Below, one piece after another: positions 13,325 through 27,021 of a stretch of 64,000 bases of DNA (position 1 is its first letter; the number at the start of each line of letters is the position of its first letter). The translations under genes were made by a program, and so were the position numbers. Source of the DNA: Dendrobates tinctorius (lineage: Eukaryota). The notes beneath the pieces were generated by a model. That model worked only from the letters and a program-made list of their open reading frames with translations, was not told where the DNA came from and did no database searches. Where the stretch lies: contig NW_027361906.1 of assembly GCF_039654945.1 (NCBI RefSeq), positions 2,728,001-2,792,000 on the forward strand, given 5' to 3'.

Positions 13325-16300
13325 ATGGAGATTAAGCAATTGTCTGATCGTGTGGAGCAGCTCGCTGCTGAAGTGCGGGGAATTTCCGCCTATCTTGCTC
13401 ATTCACATGCTGCTGAACCAAAGATTCCTACTCCTGATGTGTTTTTTGGGGATCGGTCTAAATTTTTGAATTTTAAGAATAATTGCAAATTATTTATTGC
13501 CTTGAAGCCTAATTCATCGGGGAGCTCTGCGCAGCAGGTTAAAATTGTCATCTCCTTGCTGCGCGGCGATCCCCAGGATTGGGCGTTTTCTTTGACACCT
13601 GATGATCCTATTCTAACTAATGTGGATGCATTTTTTCAAGCCTTGGGGTTGTTGTATGATGAACCTAATGCTATTGATCAAGCTGAGAAAGCCCTGTTGG
13701 CATTGAACCAGGGTCAGGATTCTGCAGAGTTATACTGTCAAAAATTCCGAAAGTGGGCGGTCCTTACTACCTGGAATGATGGTGCCTTGGCAGCTCTCTT
13801 TCGGAAGGGTTTGTCAGAAACCGTAAAAGATACTATGGTGGGATTTCCTGTTCCCTCTAGTCTTGACGATTCTATGTCATTAGCCATTCAGGTTGATCGG
13901 CGTTTACGTGAACGTAAAAGTACACGAGAAATGTTGCCACCTGTTGAACAAATGTCTGAACCTATGCAATGTGATAGAGTTTTGTCTAGGGCGCAACGTC
14001 AGGAGTTCAGAAGGCGTAATAAACTGTGTTTTTTCTGTGGAGATGCCTCTCATATGATTTCTGTCTGCCCTAAACGAGAGAAACGTTTTGCACACACATT
14101 TGCTGTGGGTGATGTTCAACCTAAGTTTCTTCTGGCAATTACTCTGATCTGCTCCCTGTCCACATTTTCCGCTAAGGCTTTTGTGGATTCGGGAGCGGCT
14201 CTGAACCTGATGGACTTGGATTTTGCTAAACGTTGTGGGTTTCCTATGACACCTCTGCGGATGCCTATCCCTTTGAGGGGTATTGATGCTACTCCTTTGA
14301 CGAAGAATAAACCTCAGTTTTGGACCCAGGTGGTAATGCAGGTCGCCCCAGACCATCAAGAAAATTGCAGATTTTTGGTGTTGCATAATTTGCATGATAC
14401 CATTGTTCTGGGATTTCCCTGGTTGCAAATCCATAATCCAGTTTTGGATTGGAAATCTGTGTCTATGGTGAATTGGGGTTGTCGGTGTGCTCTTGGTGAC
14501 GCTCCTGTTTTCTCCACCTCTCCCCTGTCGCATGATGTTCCTGACTATTTGGCTGATTTTTATGATGTATTTAGTGAGAATAAGTCTGCGTCTTTGCCTC
14601 CTCATAGGAGTTATGACTGTGCCCTGGGTGTAAATTTCTCAAGGGTCGACTTTTCAATTTATCTGTACCCGAGCACGAGGCTATGCGATCTTATATTAAG
14701 GAGTCGTTGGAGAAGGGTCATATTAGACCATCCTCTTCACCCTTGGGTGCTGTTTTTTTTTTCGTGGCCAAGAAAGATGGTTCATTAAGGCCTTGTATTG
14801 ATTATCGTTCCCTCAACAAAATTACTGTTAAATATCAGTATCCGTTACCCCTGATTTCTGATCTATTCTCCAGAGTTAAAGGTACTTGCTGGTTTACCAA
14901 GCTTGACCTCAGGGGGGCGTATAATCTTATTCGCATTAAGCATGGGGATGAATGGAAGATGGCGTTTAATACTCCGGAGGGACATTTTGAGTACCTGGTG
15001 ATGCCTTTTGGGCTCACTAATGCCCCTTCTGTCTTCCAGTGCTTCATGAATGATATTTTCCGGGACTTTGTGGATAAATTTTTGATCATCTATCTGGATG
15101 ATATTTTGATCTTTTCCAGGGATTGGGACTCTCATGTGGAACATGTTCAGACTGTGTTCCGGATTTTGAGGGAGAATTCCCTGTATGTTAAGGGATCGAA
15201 ATGCCTTTTTGGTGTACAGAGGATTTCATTTTTGGGATTTATTTTGTCTCCGTCAACTATTTAAATGGACCCAGCCAAGGTACAGGCCATTTATGATTGG
15301 GTTCAGCCCACTTCTTTGAAGGCCCTCCAGAAGTTTTTGGGTTTTGCTAATTTTTATCGTAAATTTATAGCTAATTTTTCTGGTATTGCCAAACCATTGA
15401 CTGATTTGACTAAGAAGGGTGCTGATGTGCTGAATTGGTCTCCAGAGGCTGTTTCTTCCTTTCAGGAGCTGAAGCGGAGGTTCACTTCTGCTCCGGTTTT
15501 GCGGCAACCTGATGTCTCACTCCCGTTTCAGCTAGAGGTGGACGCTTCTGAGATTGGTGCAGGAGCTGTTTTGTCCCAAAAAGATCCGGTAACATCTAAA
15601 ATGAATCCCTGTGCTTTCTTTTCCCGAAAGTTCTCCCCATCCGAACGCAACTATGATGTGGGGAATCGGGAACTGTTAGCCATGAAATGGGCATTTGAGG
15701 AGTGGAGACATTGGTTGGAGGGAGCTAAACATCAAGTCATGGTCCTTACTGACCACAAGAATTTGATTTACCTTGAGTCGGCCAAACGCTTGAATCCTAG
15801 ACAGGCTAGGTGGGCCTTGTTTTTCACACGTTTTGATTTTGTGGTCTCTTTTCTTCCGGGCACTAAGAATGTCAAGGCAGACGCCCTCTCGAGGAGTTTC
15901 TTTGCTGATTCTCCTATTGTGACCAAGCCTGCTACCATCTTAGGTGAGGGGGTAGTTCTTTCTGCCATCTCGCCCGATTTGAGACGTACTCTGGAAGAGT
16001 TTCAGGAGGACAAACCTGAGCGTTGTCCCTTTGGAAAATTGTATGTTCCTGACCAGTGGAGGAAGAGAGTAATGTCTGAAGTTCATTGCTCCGCATTGGC
16101 TGGTCATCCAGGTATTTTTGGTACTAGAGATTTGGTGAGTCGGTCTTTTTGGTGGCCCGCCTTGTCTCGTGATGTCAGGAATTTTGTGCAGTCCTGTGGG
16201 ACTTGCTCCCGGTCTAAACCTTGCTCTAGTGGGTTGTTGATGCCTTTGCCGGTGCCCAGGAGGCCATGGACCCATATTTCAATGGATTTTATTTCTGATA

Positions 16301-17359
16301 TGCCTGTCTCTCAGAGAATGACTGTTATTTTGGTGATTTGTGATAGATTCTCTAAGATGGTCCATCTTGTACCACTCCCTAAGTTGCCATCTTCCTCAGA
16401 GTTGGTGCCCTTGTTTTTGCAACAGGTGGTTCGCTTGCATGGGTTTCCTGAGAACATTGTGTCTGACAGAGGAGCTCAGTTTGTTTCTAGATTTTGGAGG
16501 ACTTTTTGTTCCAAGCTGGGAATTCAGTTGTCCTTCTCCTCTGAGTTTCACCCTCAGACCAATGGGCAGACGGCGAGAACAAACCAGACTTTGGAGTCTT
16601 ATTTGAGATGTTTTGTTTCTGCTGATCAGGATGATTGGGTTTCATTTTTGCCCTTGGCCGAATTTGCTTTAAATAATAGAGCTAGTTCTGCCACTTTGAT
16701 GTCACCTTTTTTTGTAACTTTGGGTTTCATACTCGATTCTCTTCAGGGCAGGTGGAGTCTTCTGCCTGCCCAGGTGTTGACACTGTGGTGGAGAGAATGC
16801 ATCAGATCTGGGACCAAGTGGCGGATAAGTTGTCTCTCTCCCAGGAAAAGGCCCAGCGGTTTTCCAACCGGCATAGGACCATTGGTTCCTGGTTTAAGGT
16901 CGGTGATAAGGTTTGGTTGTCATCAAAGAATATCTCTATGAAGGTGGCTTCTCCAAAGTTTAAACCTAGATTTATTGGACCTTACAAGATTTTGGAGATT
17001 CTTAATCTGGTCTCTTTTCGATTGGCTCTTCCTGTTACATTCAAGAACCATAACGTGTTTCATAAGTCTCTGTTAAAGAGGTTTGTTGAGCCAGTAGTTC
17101 CTGTGGTGGCACCTCCTGACCCTGTATTGGTTGAAGGTAATGTGGAATATGAGGTTGAGAAGATACTGGATTCTCGTCTGGCTAGGCGGAGACTCCAGTA
17201 TTTGGTTAAGTGGAAGGGTTATGGCCAGGAGGATAATTCTTGGGTTTCTGCATCCGATATTCATGCCGAAAGATTGGTTCGTGCTTTTCATTGGGCCCAT
17301 CCTGATCGCCCTGGTGGCGTGGATGAGGGTTCGGTGACCCCTCCTCAAGGGGGAGGTAC
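13325..17359 (+). pseudogene. Disrupted gag-pol polyprotein (Gag, protease, RT, RNase H, integrase, chromodomain)
   Basis: CFFCGDASHMISVC zinc knuckle; AFVDSGA protease; YLDD RT; DAS/TDHKNL RNase H; HHCC and SDRG integrase; YEVEKILDSR...YLVKWKGY chromodomain. Lesions: frameshifting deletion ~14625, TAA at 15262-15264, integrase GQTER>GQTAR, frameshift ~16713. Confidence 0.95.
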
Positions 17360-18189
17360 TGTTATGAGCTCATTTTCTCCTTCACCTTTGATGTCCGATG
17401 AACTCCCTCTGCTGGTGAAAGGAGGTAGTGAAATTGATTTGGATGGGAAAAACCTGTCATCTGAACAGGTTGAGTGTGATTGGACATCCGGAATCTCTGA
17501 GTGGATATAAGGCCGCCGACGCCCTGCTAGGTTGCTGGTGATCCTCTCTGCTCTGAGCTCTGGCCTCCAGTTTAGTCCTGTCTACTAAAGCTAAGTTTTT
17601 GCTCTGCTATTGTTCCATGAGATTTTGTCTGTTTACTTAGTGTTTTTGTTCAGCCAGCCCTGGTTGGGACTGGCTGAACTCCATTTTTGTCTCTGATCAG
17701 TTGATCTCTTTGCTCTGTTTTCAGAATATACCTGAGTGCTGATATAGTGATTTTGAAGTCTAGTGACTTCAGGGCCTTTTCTATCAGACATGTTGGACAT
17801 TATTTTTGGCAGGGTTTTTGCGTGATTGCAGACAGTTGCTTTTCTTTCCTGTCCTATCTAGTTAGTGAGGGCCCCATCGTTTGCTCAGCCTGTCTTTCTG
17901 TCTGTGTTTGTGTTTTCATCTGTTTTCACCGTCAATACATGTTGGGGGCTGTCTATTGCTTTGGGGTCTGCTCTGGGGCAGTTTAGATTTCCCCTTTCTT
18001 TCTTTAGGTTTATTTAGTTCTCCGGCTGTGAACGAGGTGTCTAGGACCACCGTAGGAACACCCCACGGCTACTGTTAGTTGTTGTGAATAGGATCAGGGG
18101 TCTGCAATCCGCTAGCTACCAACCTCTCTGGTTTTCTGGACTTAGCTTGTATTTTTGTTTTTTCCTCCTCCGATGACTCATTCATAACA
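17360..18189 (+). repeat. 3' LTR
   Basis: Direct repeat of 12352-13181. Confidence 0.95.
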
Positions 18190-19718
18190 TCCTAATATGA
18201 TTGCCGGTTTGGAGGACATATCTAAAGAAAAGATTGCAAATCACATCTGATGAATCCAACATGGAGCTTATAGTTATATAAACAAATGGTTGTACATTTG
18301 TGGACCAAATCCGTCTCACAAAAAGAAAATTTCAGTAACCAATTCCAAGTTGCTAGCAGCTACAAGCTGGAATCCTAAAGAAAAGCAAGTGAGCAAGGAA
18401 TGGCTTGTGTTCTCAGGATTTGGGAGATGGTTACTTTCTTCTCTGTGTTGTCAACTTGTCGAAGAGCAAATGTCCAAAATTTCTGAGATGGACCAGAATT
18501 TTTCTTCGAAGTGGAAGTAGCAGTAAATTCTCCTTCAAGGAAAGTGTCTATAGTTTTGTTATTCAACATGCCCTGATCCAGAAGCTTTGGCTATTTTGAC
18601 GCATGCAAAGGACCCCATATATATATCTGCCAGCAGTTAAAACCAATCTGTGGTGCCTGCAGTTAACCATTAAGTTATCATGGAGGATGATATGTGTTTG
18701 ATCTTCAGAGCATTGCATTCAAGGTGGGGCTGGCGTTTTTAGGGATGCAATTACCGCACCTCATGGTCAGTAGATTGTAGATAGATGGTGTGGGTGACAG
18801 TGCCACTGAGTTCTACAGCACCATCAACGTTAGAGTGACAAGAGGTCCAGAGTCTGGGATTGGGCCTAACTGGAGGAGAAGAGACCCTGTGATCTAATAG
18901 AGTAGTTGTGCTCCAGTGAATACACCACCAGACCTGTTTTCAATTGATGAGTTAGTTGGGCCTGCTGGAGAAAGAGCCCCTAAAGTGAAGTGGCCTTCAA
19001 AATACTGAGTGGTTGTGAAGACCCCATGATGACTGCTGATACTGTAGAGATGACAGAGTGAAATTCTCAGTCTATTAGTGTGTCCCTCAGGCAACTGGTA
19101 ACCATGCCATCCTGTCTACCCTACAATATCAAGTGACCAATACAGACAGATAAAGGTTCCCAGACGTTTCCTTTGGCCCATATGAGATGACCGATATTAT
19201 TAAAGACCTACAATAGTTGGTGGCCTCATCAGGGATTTTACACTGGGGCTTCAAGTTTACGTCATTGCTCCTCATTTCTCAACTCACAGTCAGCACCCTT
19301 TGATCAAAGGCGTCTTTAGAGTTCGAATTGCGAGACCAGGTAGCATGAAGGCATCTAATCATCTTGGCACACACCACATAGGGGGAAATAGCTCAGATGC
19401 ACCTTGGCTATGGTATCTAATTGGGTGAAAAAATTAGATTATATAAGAAGAGCACCTTACATGGAAGGTAGGGGCCCTGTTACACAGTTTGTATTGGGGC
19501 CCAGAAGTTTCAAGTTGCGCCTCTGATACTACATCATCATATAAAACAGTACAAGATGCTATTGATTATCGGCTCAGGTTCATAATTTGCATCAGAAATC
19601 CCAAAGCTTCAACGATGTCATCCAATAAAAAATAAAGGGTTAGTCTCAACAACACTAACGGTTCAAATAGCTAAGTGCTTGTAAAAATGAGCAACATTAC
19701 AATTTACTTGTTATTAAA

Positions 19719-19775
19719 AGGGGTTGTCCTGCCTTAGGCTACAAGTCTGCAGTCACATAGAGTCAGACAACTCCT
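19719..19775. mobile_element. Very short Kolobok/T2-type MITE
   Basis: AGGGGTTGTC ... GACAACTCCT followed by TTAA. Confidence 0.45.
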
Positions 19776-21169
19776 TTAAATTTCCTCTCCATTCTCAACA
19801 ATGGAGCTAATTTTACTTTTATTGTGTGATTTTACTGGTCATCGCTGCAGTCTGGCAAATGTGGCAGAGGATGCACTGCACTTACAAGCTCTTTGCTGGA
19901 ATTCCCTTGCGCTCCTCAGATGCCGCATCTGCTTTTTAGCACCAGAAAGCACATATATTGGGCCAGCAACATCCAAACCATTGGTCCAAGCTGTCAACAA
20001 TCTTCAGGAGTGCACTGTCCCCTCTCGAACAGGAAGCTGGGAGGAAAGGGAGCGGTGTGCTCCTGCAGATGAAAGAACCCTTCAATGGAACCAAACACAA
20101 GTCTATGCGGAAAAAACTTATCCCAAAAAGTTTAAACTAAATTATTTTTTATTCTATTTTTGCAACTTTTTCTTCTCTGGTTTTTATGACTCGTCCTGAA
20201 ACAACCGTGATGTTGAGTCGGGAACATAGAATTTTTTTTTTTTAAACCTTTTGAGCAGCCGCCAGTTTTAATTCTCCATTCATTTGATCTATGGCTGCAC
20301 ATCAGTCTTGGCTGAATTAACAAGACCCCTTCTAAAAACACATTTGTATTTATGGCCGGCAGAGAAAGATTACGCCTTTTCTAAATTCGTTTTTTCTTTT
20401 TTTTTTGTGACACTAAATGTTTTTTTTATTTTTTTTAAGTCTAAACTATGATGTTAGGTCAAAGGAAAGACTAAAACACTGTCCTGAAGTATGTGCATAT
20501 TTCAAGCGCTAGAGCCTAATGTAATAACAAAGGTCGTAATAACAAACCATTACAGCTTCAATCTTGGCAACTATCTACACAGAAGAATTCTCAAGATAGA
20601 ACCATCATTTTTGCTATGTTATGGCATTCGGAGGACAGTCCTGGTTCACAAGTGAGTCATGGCGAGGCGGAGAGGCAGTAGCATTGTGAGCGCTCCGCCA
20701 TCAGTTACTCATCTGTTTACTGGAAGCTTCTCGCTGTGATATTAACCAGGACTCCTTTAAAAGAATTGGTTTCCAGCTGTCTGCAAGTCTTAGAAGAAGC
20801 AGAGCTGGCACTTAAATAGTGAGTCTAATAGCCGATTAAGTCATCCTCTGACTTTACTTTACCGAGGTTATAGCCCTAATTAGCCTAAAAATACAAACTC
20901 ACCGAGACTAATCAGAGCTGATATTCATGGAGCTGATAATAGAAGACTAAATTTCATCTGAAGTTTCATGCTTTTAGAGGGCGATCTACAAATGTGGAAG
21001 ACGCCTTTTCGTAAAGGTCCAAATAAACAAGATGTCGGGTGCATGAACAGACCAGTCAAGTTCTGCCAGTCTAAACTACCCCTCCATGTAGTCATAGGGA
21101 ACAGAAAAGGGCGAACCACAATCTGTTCCCAAAAAGCTGAAGCTACAATTGTCCACAATGTCTTGTGCT

Positions 21170-21760
21170 GAAGATTAAGATTTCCCATTACTGGAACTAA
21201 GAGGTATCGACCGCCCCCCCCCCCCCCCATTACACCCCCATAGGATTATCCTCCACCATCTGTACAGGGGGCACAATGCAGTCCGGGGGTAACGTCCTCC
21301 TGGAATCACCAAACCCAGACCCCTCCATCAGACGCAGTTAGAGAAGTGCGATCCATCACTGCACAGAACACGTCTCCTCCAGAGTCCAGTGGTGGCGGCT
21401 TTACACTACTCCATCTGATGCTCGGCCTTGTGCTTGGTGATGTACGGCTGCATGTAGCTGCTCGGCCATGAAGCTCACGGCGGGGGCGCAGTGTTTGTGC
21501 TGATACCAGAGGAGGTCTGGATTCTGCAGTTAAGGGGTTAACAGAGCGTTGGTGATTTTTCTGCTCTCTGCTCCTCAGCACTCGGCCCCCCGATCTGTAA
21601 CGCTTTGGGTCTCCACTTCTTGGCTGAGTTGCTGCGCTTCCTTCCACTTCTCAATAAGATCACTCACAGGTGATGGTGAAAGATTCAGGAAGAAAAAATG
21701 TTGTGGATGGACTTGTTACCCCGGTGGCTCCTGCACCAATGGCCGGTCTGTCATGTGATA
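21170..21760 (-). mobile_element. Decayed Tc1-like transposon remnant
   Basis: Minus strand ~21340-21380 reads RRVLCSDGSHF, resembling the Tc1 W..VLWSDES.F motif; boundaries approximate. Confidence 0.5.
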
Positions 21761-22126
21761 GTAAAGGCTGACGGCATGGGGGAGGGCGGAGGTTATACAC
21801 CAGGGGCGAGGGGCGGATGTATTTCTGTTCCTGTACGTGATTTTCATAACCACTGTGCCAGAGGGTGTGAAATTAAGAAAACAGAACTTGTTTATCATAT
21901 CATATCATATAAAAGAGAAAAATTAAACTTGCAACCTCAGCTCACAACGTCTTTGTTTTTATGCACAATAACAAATTATATTGTGGTACCGTGTTAGCCA
22001 GAAAAATCAATGTGAATACTTACCCAATGATGACAAAAGTATTCTCGGAGCGGTATCAATCCGACAATATCATTATCATCAATGTGCAGAAAAGTATTAA
22101 CATCTTTGTTTATGACACTCACAAAC

Positions 22127-25100
22127 CAGTATTATAGTAGTTATATTCTTGTACATAGGGGCAGTATTATAGTAGTTATATTCTTGTACATAGGGGCAGT
22201 ATTATAGTAGTTATATTCTTGTACATAGGGAAGTATTATAGTAGTTATATTCTTGTACATAGGGGCAGTATTATAGTAGTTATATTCTTGTACATAGGGG
22301 CAGTATTATAGTAGTTATATTCTTGTATATAGGGGCAGTATTATAGTAGTTATATTCTTGTAAATAGGATCAGTATTATAGTAGCTATATTCTTGTACAT
22401 AGGAGCAGTATTATAGTAGTTATATTCTTGTACATAGGGGCAGTATTATAGTAGTTATATTCTTGTACATAGGGAAGTATTATAGTAGTTATATTCTTGT
22501 ACATAGGGGCAGTATTATAGTAGTTATATTCTTGTATATAGGGGCAGTATTATAGTAGTTATATTCTTGTAAATAGGATCAGTATTATAGTAGCTATATT
22601 CTTGTACATAGGAGCAGTATTATAGTAGTTATAATCTTGTACATAGGGGCAGTATTAAAGTAGTTATATTCCTGTACATAGGGAGCGGTATTATAGTATT
22701 TATATTCTTGTACATAGGAGCAGTATTATAGTAGTTATATTCTTGTACATAGGGGCAGTATTATAGTGGTTATATTCTTGTACATAGGGAGCAGTATTAT
22801 AGTAGTTATAGTCTTGTACATAGGGAGCAGTATTATAGTAGTTATAGTCTTGTACTTAGGGGCAGTATTATAGTAGCTATATTCTTGTACATAGGGAGCA
22901 GTATTATAGTAGTTATATTCTTGTACATAGGGGGCAGTATTTTAGTAGTTATATTCTTGTACATAGGGGCAGTATTATAGTAGTTATATTCTTGTACATA
23001 GGAGCCGTATTATAGTAGTTATATTCTTGTACATAGGGGCAGTATTATAGTAGTTATAATCTTGTACATAGGGGCAGTATTATAGTAGTTATATTCATAT
23101 ACATAGGGGGCAGTATTATAGTGGTTATATTCTTGTACATAGGGAGCAGTATTATAGTAGTTATAGTCTTGTACATAGGGAGCAGTATTATAGTAGTTAT
23201 AGTCTTGTACTTAGGGGCAGTATTATAGTAGCTATATTCTTGTACATAGGAGCAGTATTATAGTAGTTATATTCTTGTACATAGGGGGCAGTATTATAGT
23301 ACTTATATTCTTGTACATAGGAGCCGTATTATAGTAGTTATATTCTTGTACATAGGGGCAGTATTATAGTGGTTATATTCTTGTACATAGGGAGCAGTAT
23401 TATAGTAGTTATATTCTTGTACATAGGGAGCAGTATTATAGTAGTTATAGTCTTGTACTTAGGGGCAGTATTATAGTAGCTATATTCTTGTAGATAGGGA
23501 GCAGTATTATAGTAGTTATATTCTTGTACATAGGGGGCAGTATTATAGTAGTTATATTCTTTTACATAGGGGGCAGTATTATAGTAGTTATATTCTTGTA
23601 CATAGGGGCAGTATTATAGTAGTTATATTCTTGTACATAGGGGCAGTATTATAGTAGCTATAGTCTTGTACTTAGGGGCAGTATTATAGTAGCTATATTC
23701 ATTTACATAGGAGCCATATTATAGTAGTTATATTCTTGTACATAGGGGCAGTATTATAGTAGTTATATTCTTGTACATAGGAGCCGTATTATAGTAGTTA
23801 TATTCTTGTACATAGGAGCAGTATTACAGTAGTTATATTCTTGTACATAGGGAGCAGTATTATAGTAGCCATAGTCTTGTACTTAGGGGCAGTATTATAG
23901 TAGCTATATTTTTGTACATAGGAGCAGTATTATAGTAGTTATATTCTTGTACATAGGAGCAGTATTACAGTAGTTATATTCTTGTATATAGGAGCCGTAT
24001 TATAGTAGCTATATTCTTGTACATAGGAGCAGTATTATAGTAGTTATATTCTTGTACATAGGGACAGTATTATAGTAGCTATATTCTTGTACATAGGAGC
24101 CGTATTATAGTAGTTATATTCTTGTACATAGGAGTCGAATTATAGTAGTTATATTCTTGTACCTAGGAGCAGTATTACAGTAGTTATATTCTTGTACATA
24201 GGAACAGTATTATAGTAGTTATTTTCTTGTACATAGGGGGCAGTATTATAGTAGTTATATTCTTGTACATAGGAGCCGTATTATAATAGTTATATTCTTG
24301 TACATAGGAGCAGTATTATAGCAGTTATATTCTTGTGCATAGGGGGCAGTATTATAGTAGTTATATTCTTGTACATAGGGGCAGTATTATAGCAGTTATA
24401 TTATTGTGCAAAGGGGGCAGTATTATAGTAGTTATATTCTTGTACATAGGGAGCAGTATTATAGTAATTATATTCTTGCACATAGGGGCAATATTATAGT
24501 AGTTATATTCTTTTACATAGGAGCAGTATTATAGTAGTTATGTAATTGCACACAGGGGGCAGTATTATAGTAGTTATATTCTTGTACACAGGAGCCGTAT
24601 TATAGTAGTTATATTCTTGTACATAGGAGCAGTATTATAGCAGTTATATTATTGTGCAAAGGGGGCAGTATTATAGTAGTTATATTCTTGTACACAGGAG
24701 CAGTATTATAGTAGTTATATTCTTGCACATAGGGGCAATATTATAGTAGTTATATTCTTGTACATAGAGGCAGTATTATACTAGTTATATTCTTGTACAT
24801 AGGGGCAGTATTATAGTAGTTATATTCTTGTACATAGGGACAGTATTATAATAGTTAGATTCTTGTGCATAGGGGGCAGTATAATAGTGATTATATTCTT
24901 CTAAATAATGGCAGTATTATAGTAGTTATATTCTTGTACATAGGGGGCAGTATTATAGTGATTATATTCTTCTAAATAATGGCAGTATTATAGTAGTTAT
25001 ATTCTTGTACATAGGAGTATTATAGTAGTTATATTCTTGTACATAGGGACAGTATTATAGTAGTTATGTTCTTGTACATTGGGATTATAGTAGTTATATT

Positions 25101-27021
25101 CTTGTACATAGAGGCAGTATTATAGTAGTTATATTCTTGTACATATGGGCAGTATTATAGTAGTTATATTCTTGTACATAGGGGCAGTATTATAGTAGTT
25201 ATATTCTTTTACATAGAGGCAGTATTATAGTAGTTATATTCCTGTACATAGGTGCAGTATTATAGTAGTTATATTCCTGTACATAGGAGCAGTATTATAG
25301 TAGTTATATTCTTGTACATAGGGATTATAGTAGTTATATTCTTGTACATAGGGGCAGTATTATAGTAGTTATATTCTTGTACATAGGAGCAGTATTATAG
25401 TAGTTATATTCTTGTACATAGGAGCAGTATTATAGCAGTTATATTATTGTGCAAAGGGGGCAGTATTATAGTAGTTATATTCTTGTACACAGGAGCAGTA
25501 TTATAGTAGTTATATTCTTGCACATAGGGGCAATATTATAGTAGTTATATTCTTGTACATAGAGGCAGTATTATACTAGTTATATTCTTGTACATAGGGG
25601 CAGTATTATAGTAGTTATATTCTTGTACATAGGGACAGTATTATAATAGTTAGATTCTTGTGCATAGGGGGCAGTATAATAGTGATTATATTCTTCTAAA
25701 TAATGGCAGTATTATAGTAGTTATATTCTTGTACATAGGGGGCAGTATTATAGTGATTATATTCTTCTAAATAATGGCAGTATTATAGTAGTTATATTCT
25801 TGTACATAGGAGTATTATAGTAGTTATATTCTTGTACATAGGGACAGTATTATAGTAGTTATGTTCTTGTACATTGGGATTATAGTAGTTATATTCTTGT
25901 ACATAGAGGCAGTATTATAGTAGTTATATTCTTGTACATATGGGCAGTATTATAGTAGTTATATTCTTGTACATAGGGGCAGTATTATAGTAGTTATATT
26001 CTTTTACATAGAGGCAGTATTATAGTAGTTATATTCCTGTACATAGGTGCAGTATTATAGTAGTTATATTCCTGTACATAGGAGCAGTATTATAGTAGTT
26101 ATATTCTTGTACATAGGGATTATAGTAGTTATATTCTTGTACATAGGGGCAGTATTATAGTAGTTATATTCTTGTACATAGGAGCAGTATTATAGTAGTT
26201 ATATTCTTGTACATAGGAGCAGTATTATAGTAGTTATATTCTTGTACATAGGAGCAGTATTATAGTAGTTATATTCTTGTACATAGGAGCAGTATTATAG
26301 TAGTTATATTCTTGTACATAGGAGCAGTATTATAGTAGTTATATTCTTGTACATAGGGATTATAGTAGTTATATTCTTGTACATAGGGGCAGTATTATAG
26401 TAGTTATATTCTTGTACATAGGAGCAGTATTATAGTAGTTATATTCTTGTACATAGGGATTATAGTAGTTATATTCTTGTACATAGGGGCAGTATTATAG
26501 TAGCTATATTCTTGTACATAGGAGCAGTATTATAGTAGTTATATTCTTGTACATAGGAGCAGTATTATAGTAGTTATATTCTTGTACATAGGAGCAGTAT
26601 TATAGTAGTTATATTCTTGTACATAGGAGCAGTATTATAGTAGTTATATTCTTGTACATAGGAGCAGTATTATAGTAGTTATATTCTTGTACATAGGGAT
26701 TATAGTAGTTATATTCTTGTACATAGGGGCAGTATTATAGTAGTTATATTCTTGTACATAGGAGCAGTATTATAGTAGTTATATTCTTGTACATAGGAGC
26801 AGTATTATAGTAGTTATATTCTTGTACATAGGAGCAGTATTATAGTAGTTATATTCTTGTACATAGGAGCAGTATTATAGTCGCTATATTCTTGTACATA
26901 GGAGCAGTATTATAGTCGTTATATTCTTGTACATAGGAGCAGTATTATAGTAGTTATATTCTTGTACATAGGGGCAGTATTATAGTAGTTCTATTTTTCT
27001 ATATCGGGGCAGTATTATAGT
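22127..27021 (+). repeat. ~4.9-kb satellite array, ~30-bp unit GCAGTATTATAGTAGTTATATTCTTGTACATAGG(G/A)
   Basis: About 160 head-to-tail copies directly visible; higher-order duplications present. Confidence 0.98.

Larger units (their letters stand above)
12352..18189 (+). mobile_element. Full-length Ty3/Gypsy chromovirus LTR retrotransposon (Tf1/sushi group), coding region disabled
   Basis: Two 830-bp TG...CA LTRs (12352-13181, 17360-18189; ~19 mismatches by eye); TCCTAA on both flanks; PPT AAGGGGGAGG ~17348-17356; gag-PR-RT-RH-IN-chromodomain order. Confidence 0.97.

Noticed and set aside
13904-14605. 233-aa antisense ORF
   Set aside because: Shadow of the T-rich pol strand; no motif
14600-15270. 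Programmed frameshift or readthrough in gag-pol
   Set aside because: The frame change coincides with missing residues (a deletion), and the TAA lies inside RT; with the integrase E>A change these look like decay consistent with ~2% LTR divergence
22127-27021. CRISPR-like array
   Set aside because: Head-to-tail repeats with no unique spacers, no cas genes, and a eukaryotic context; this is a satellite
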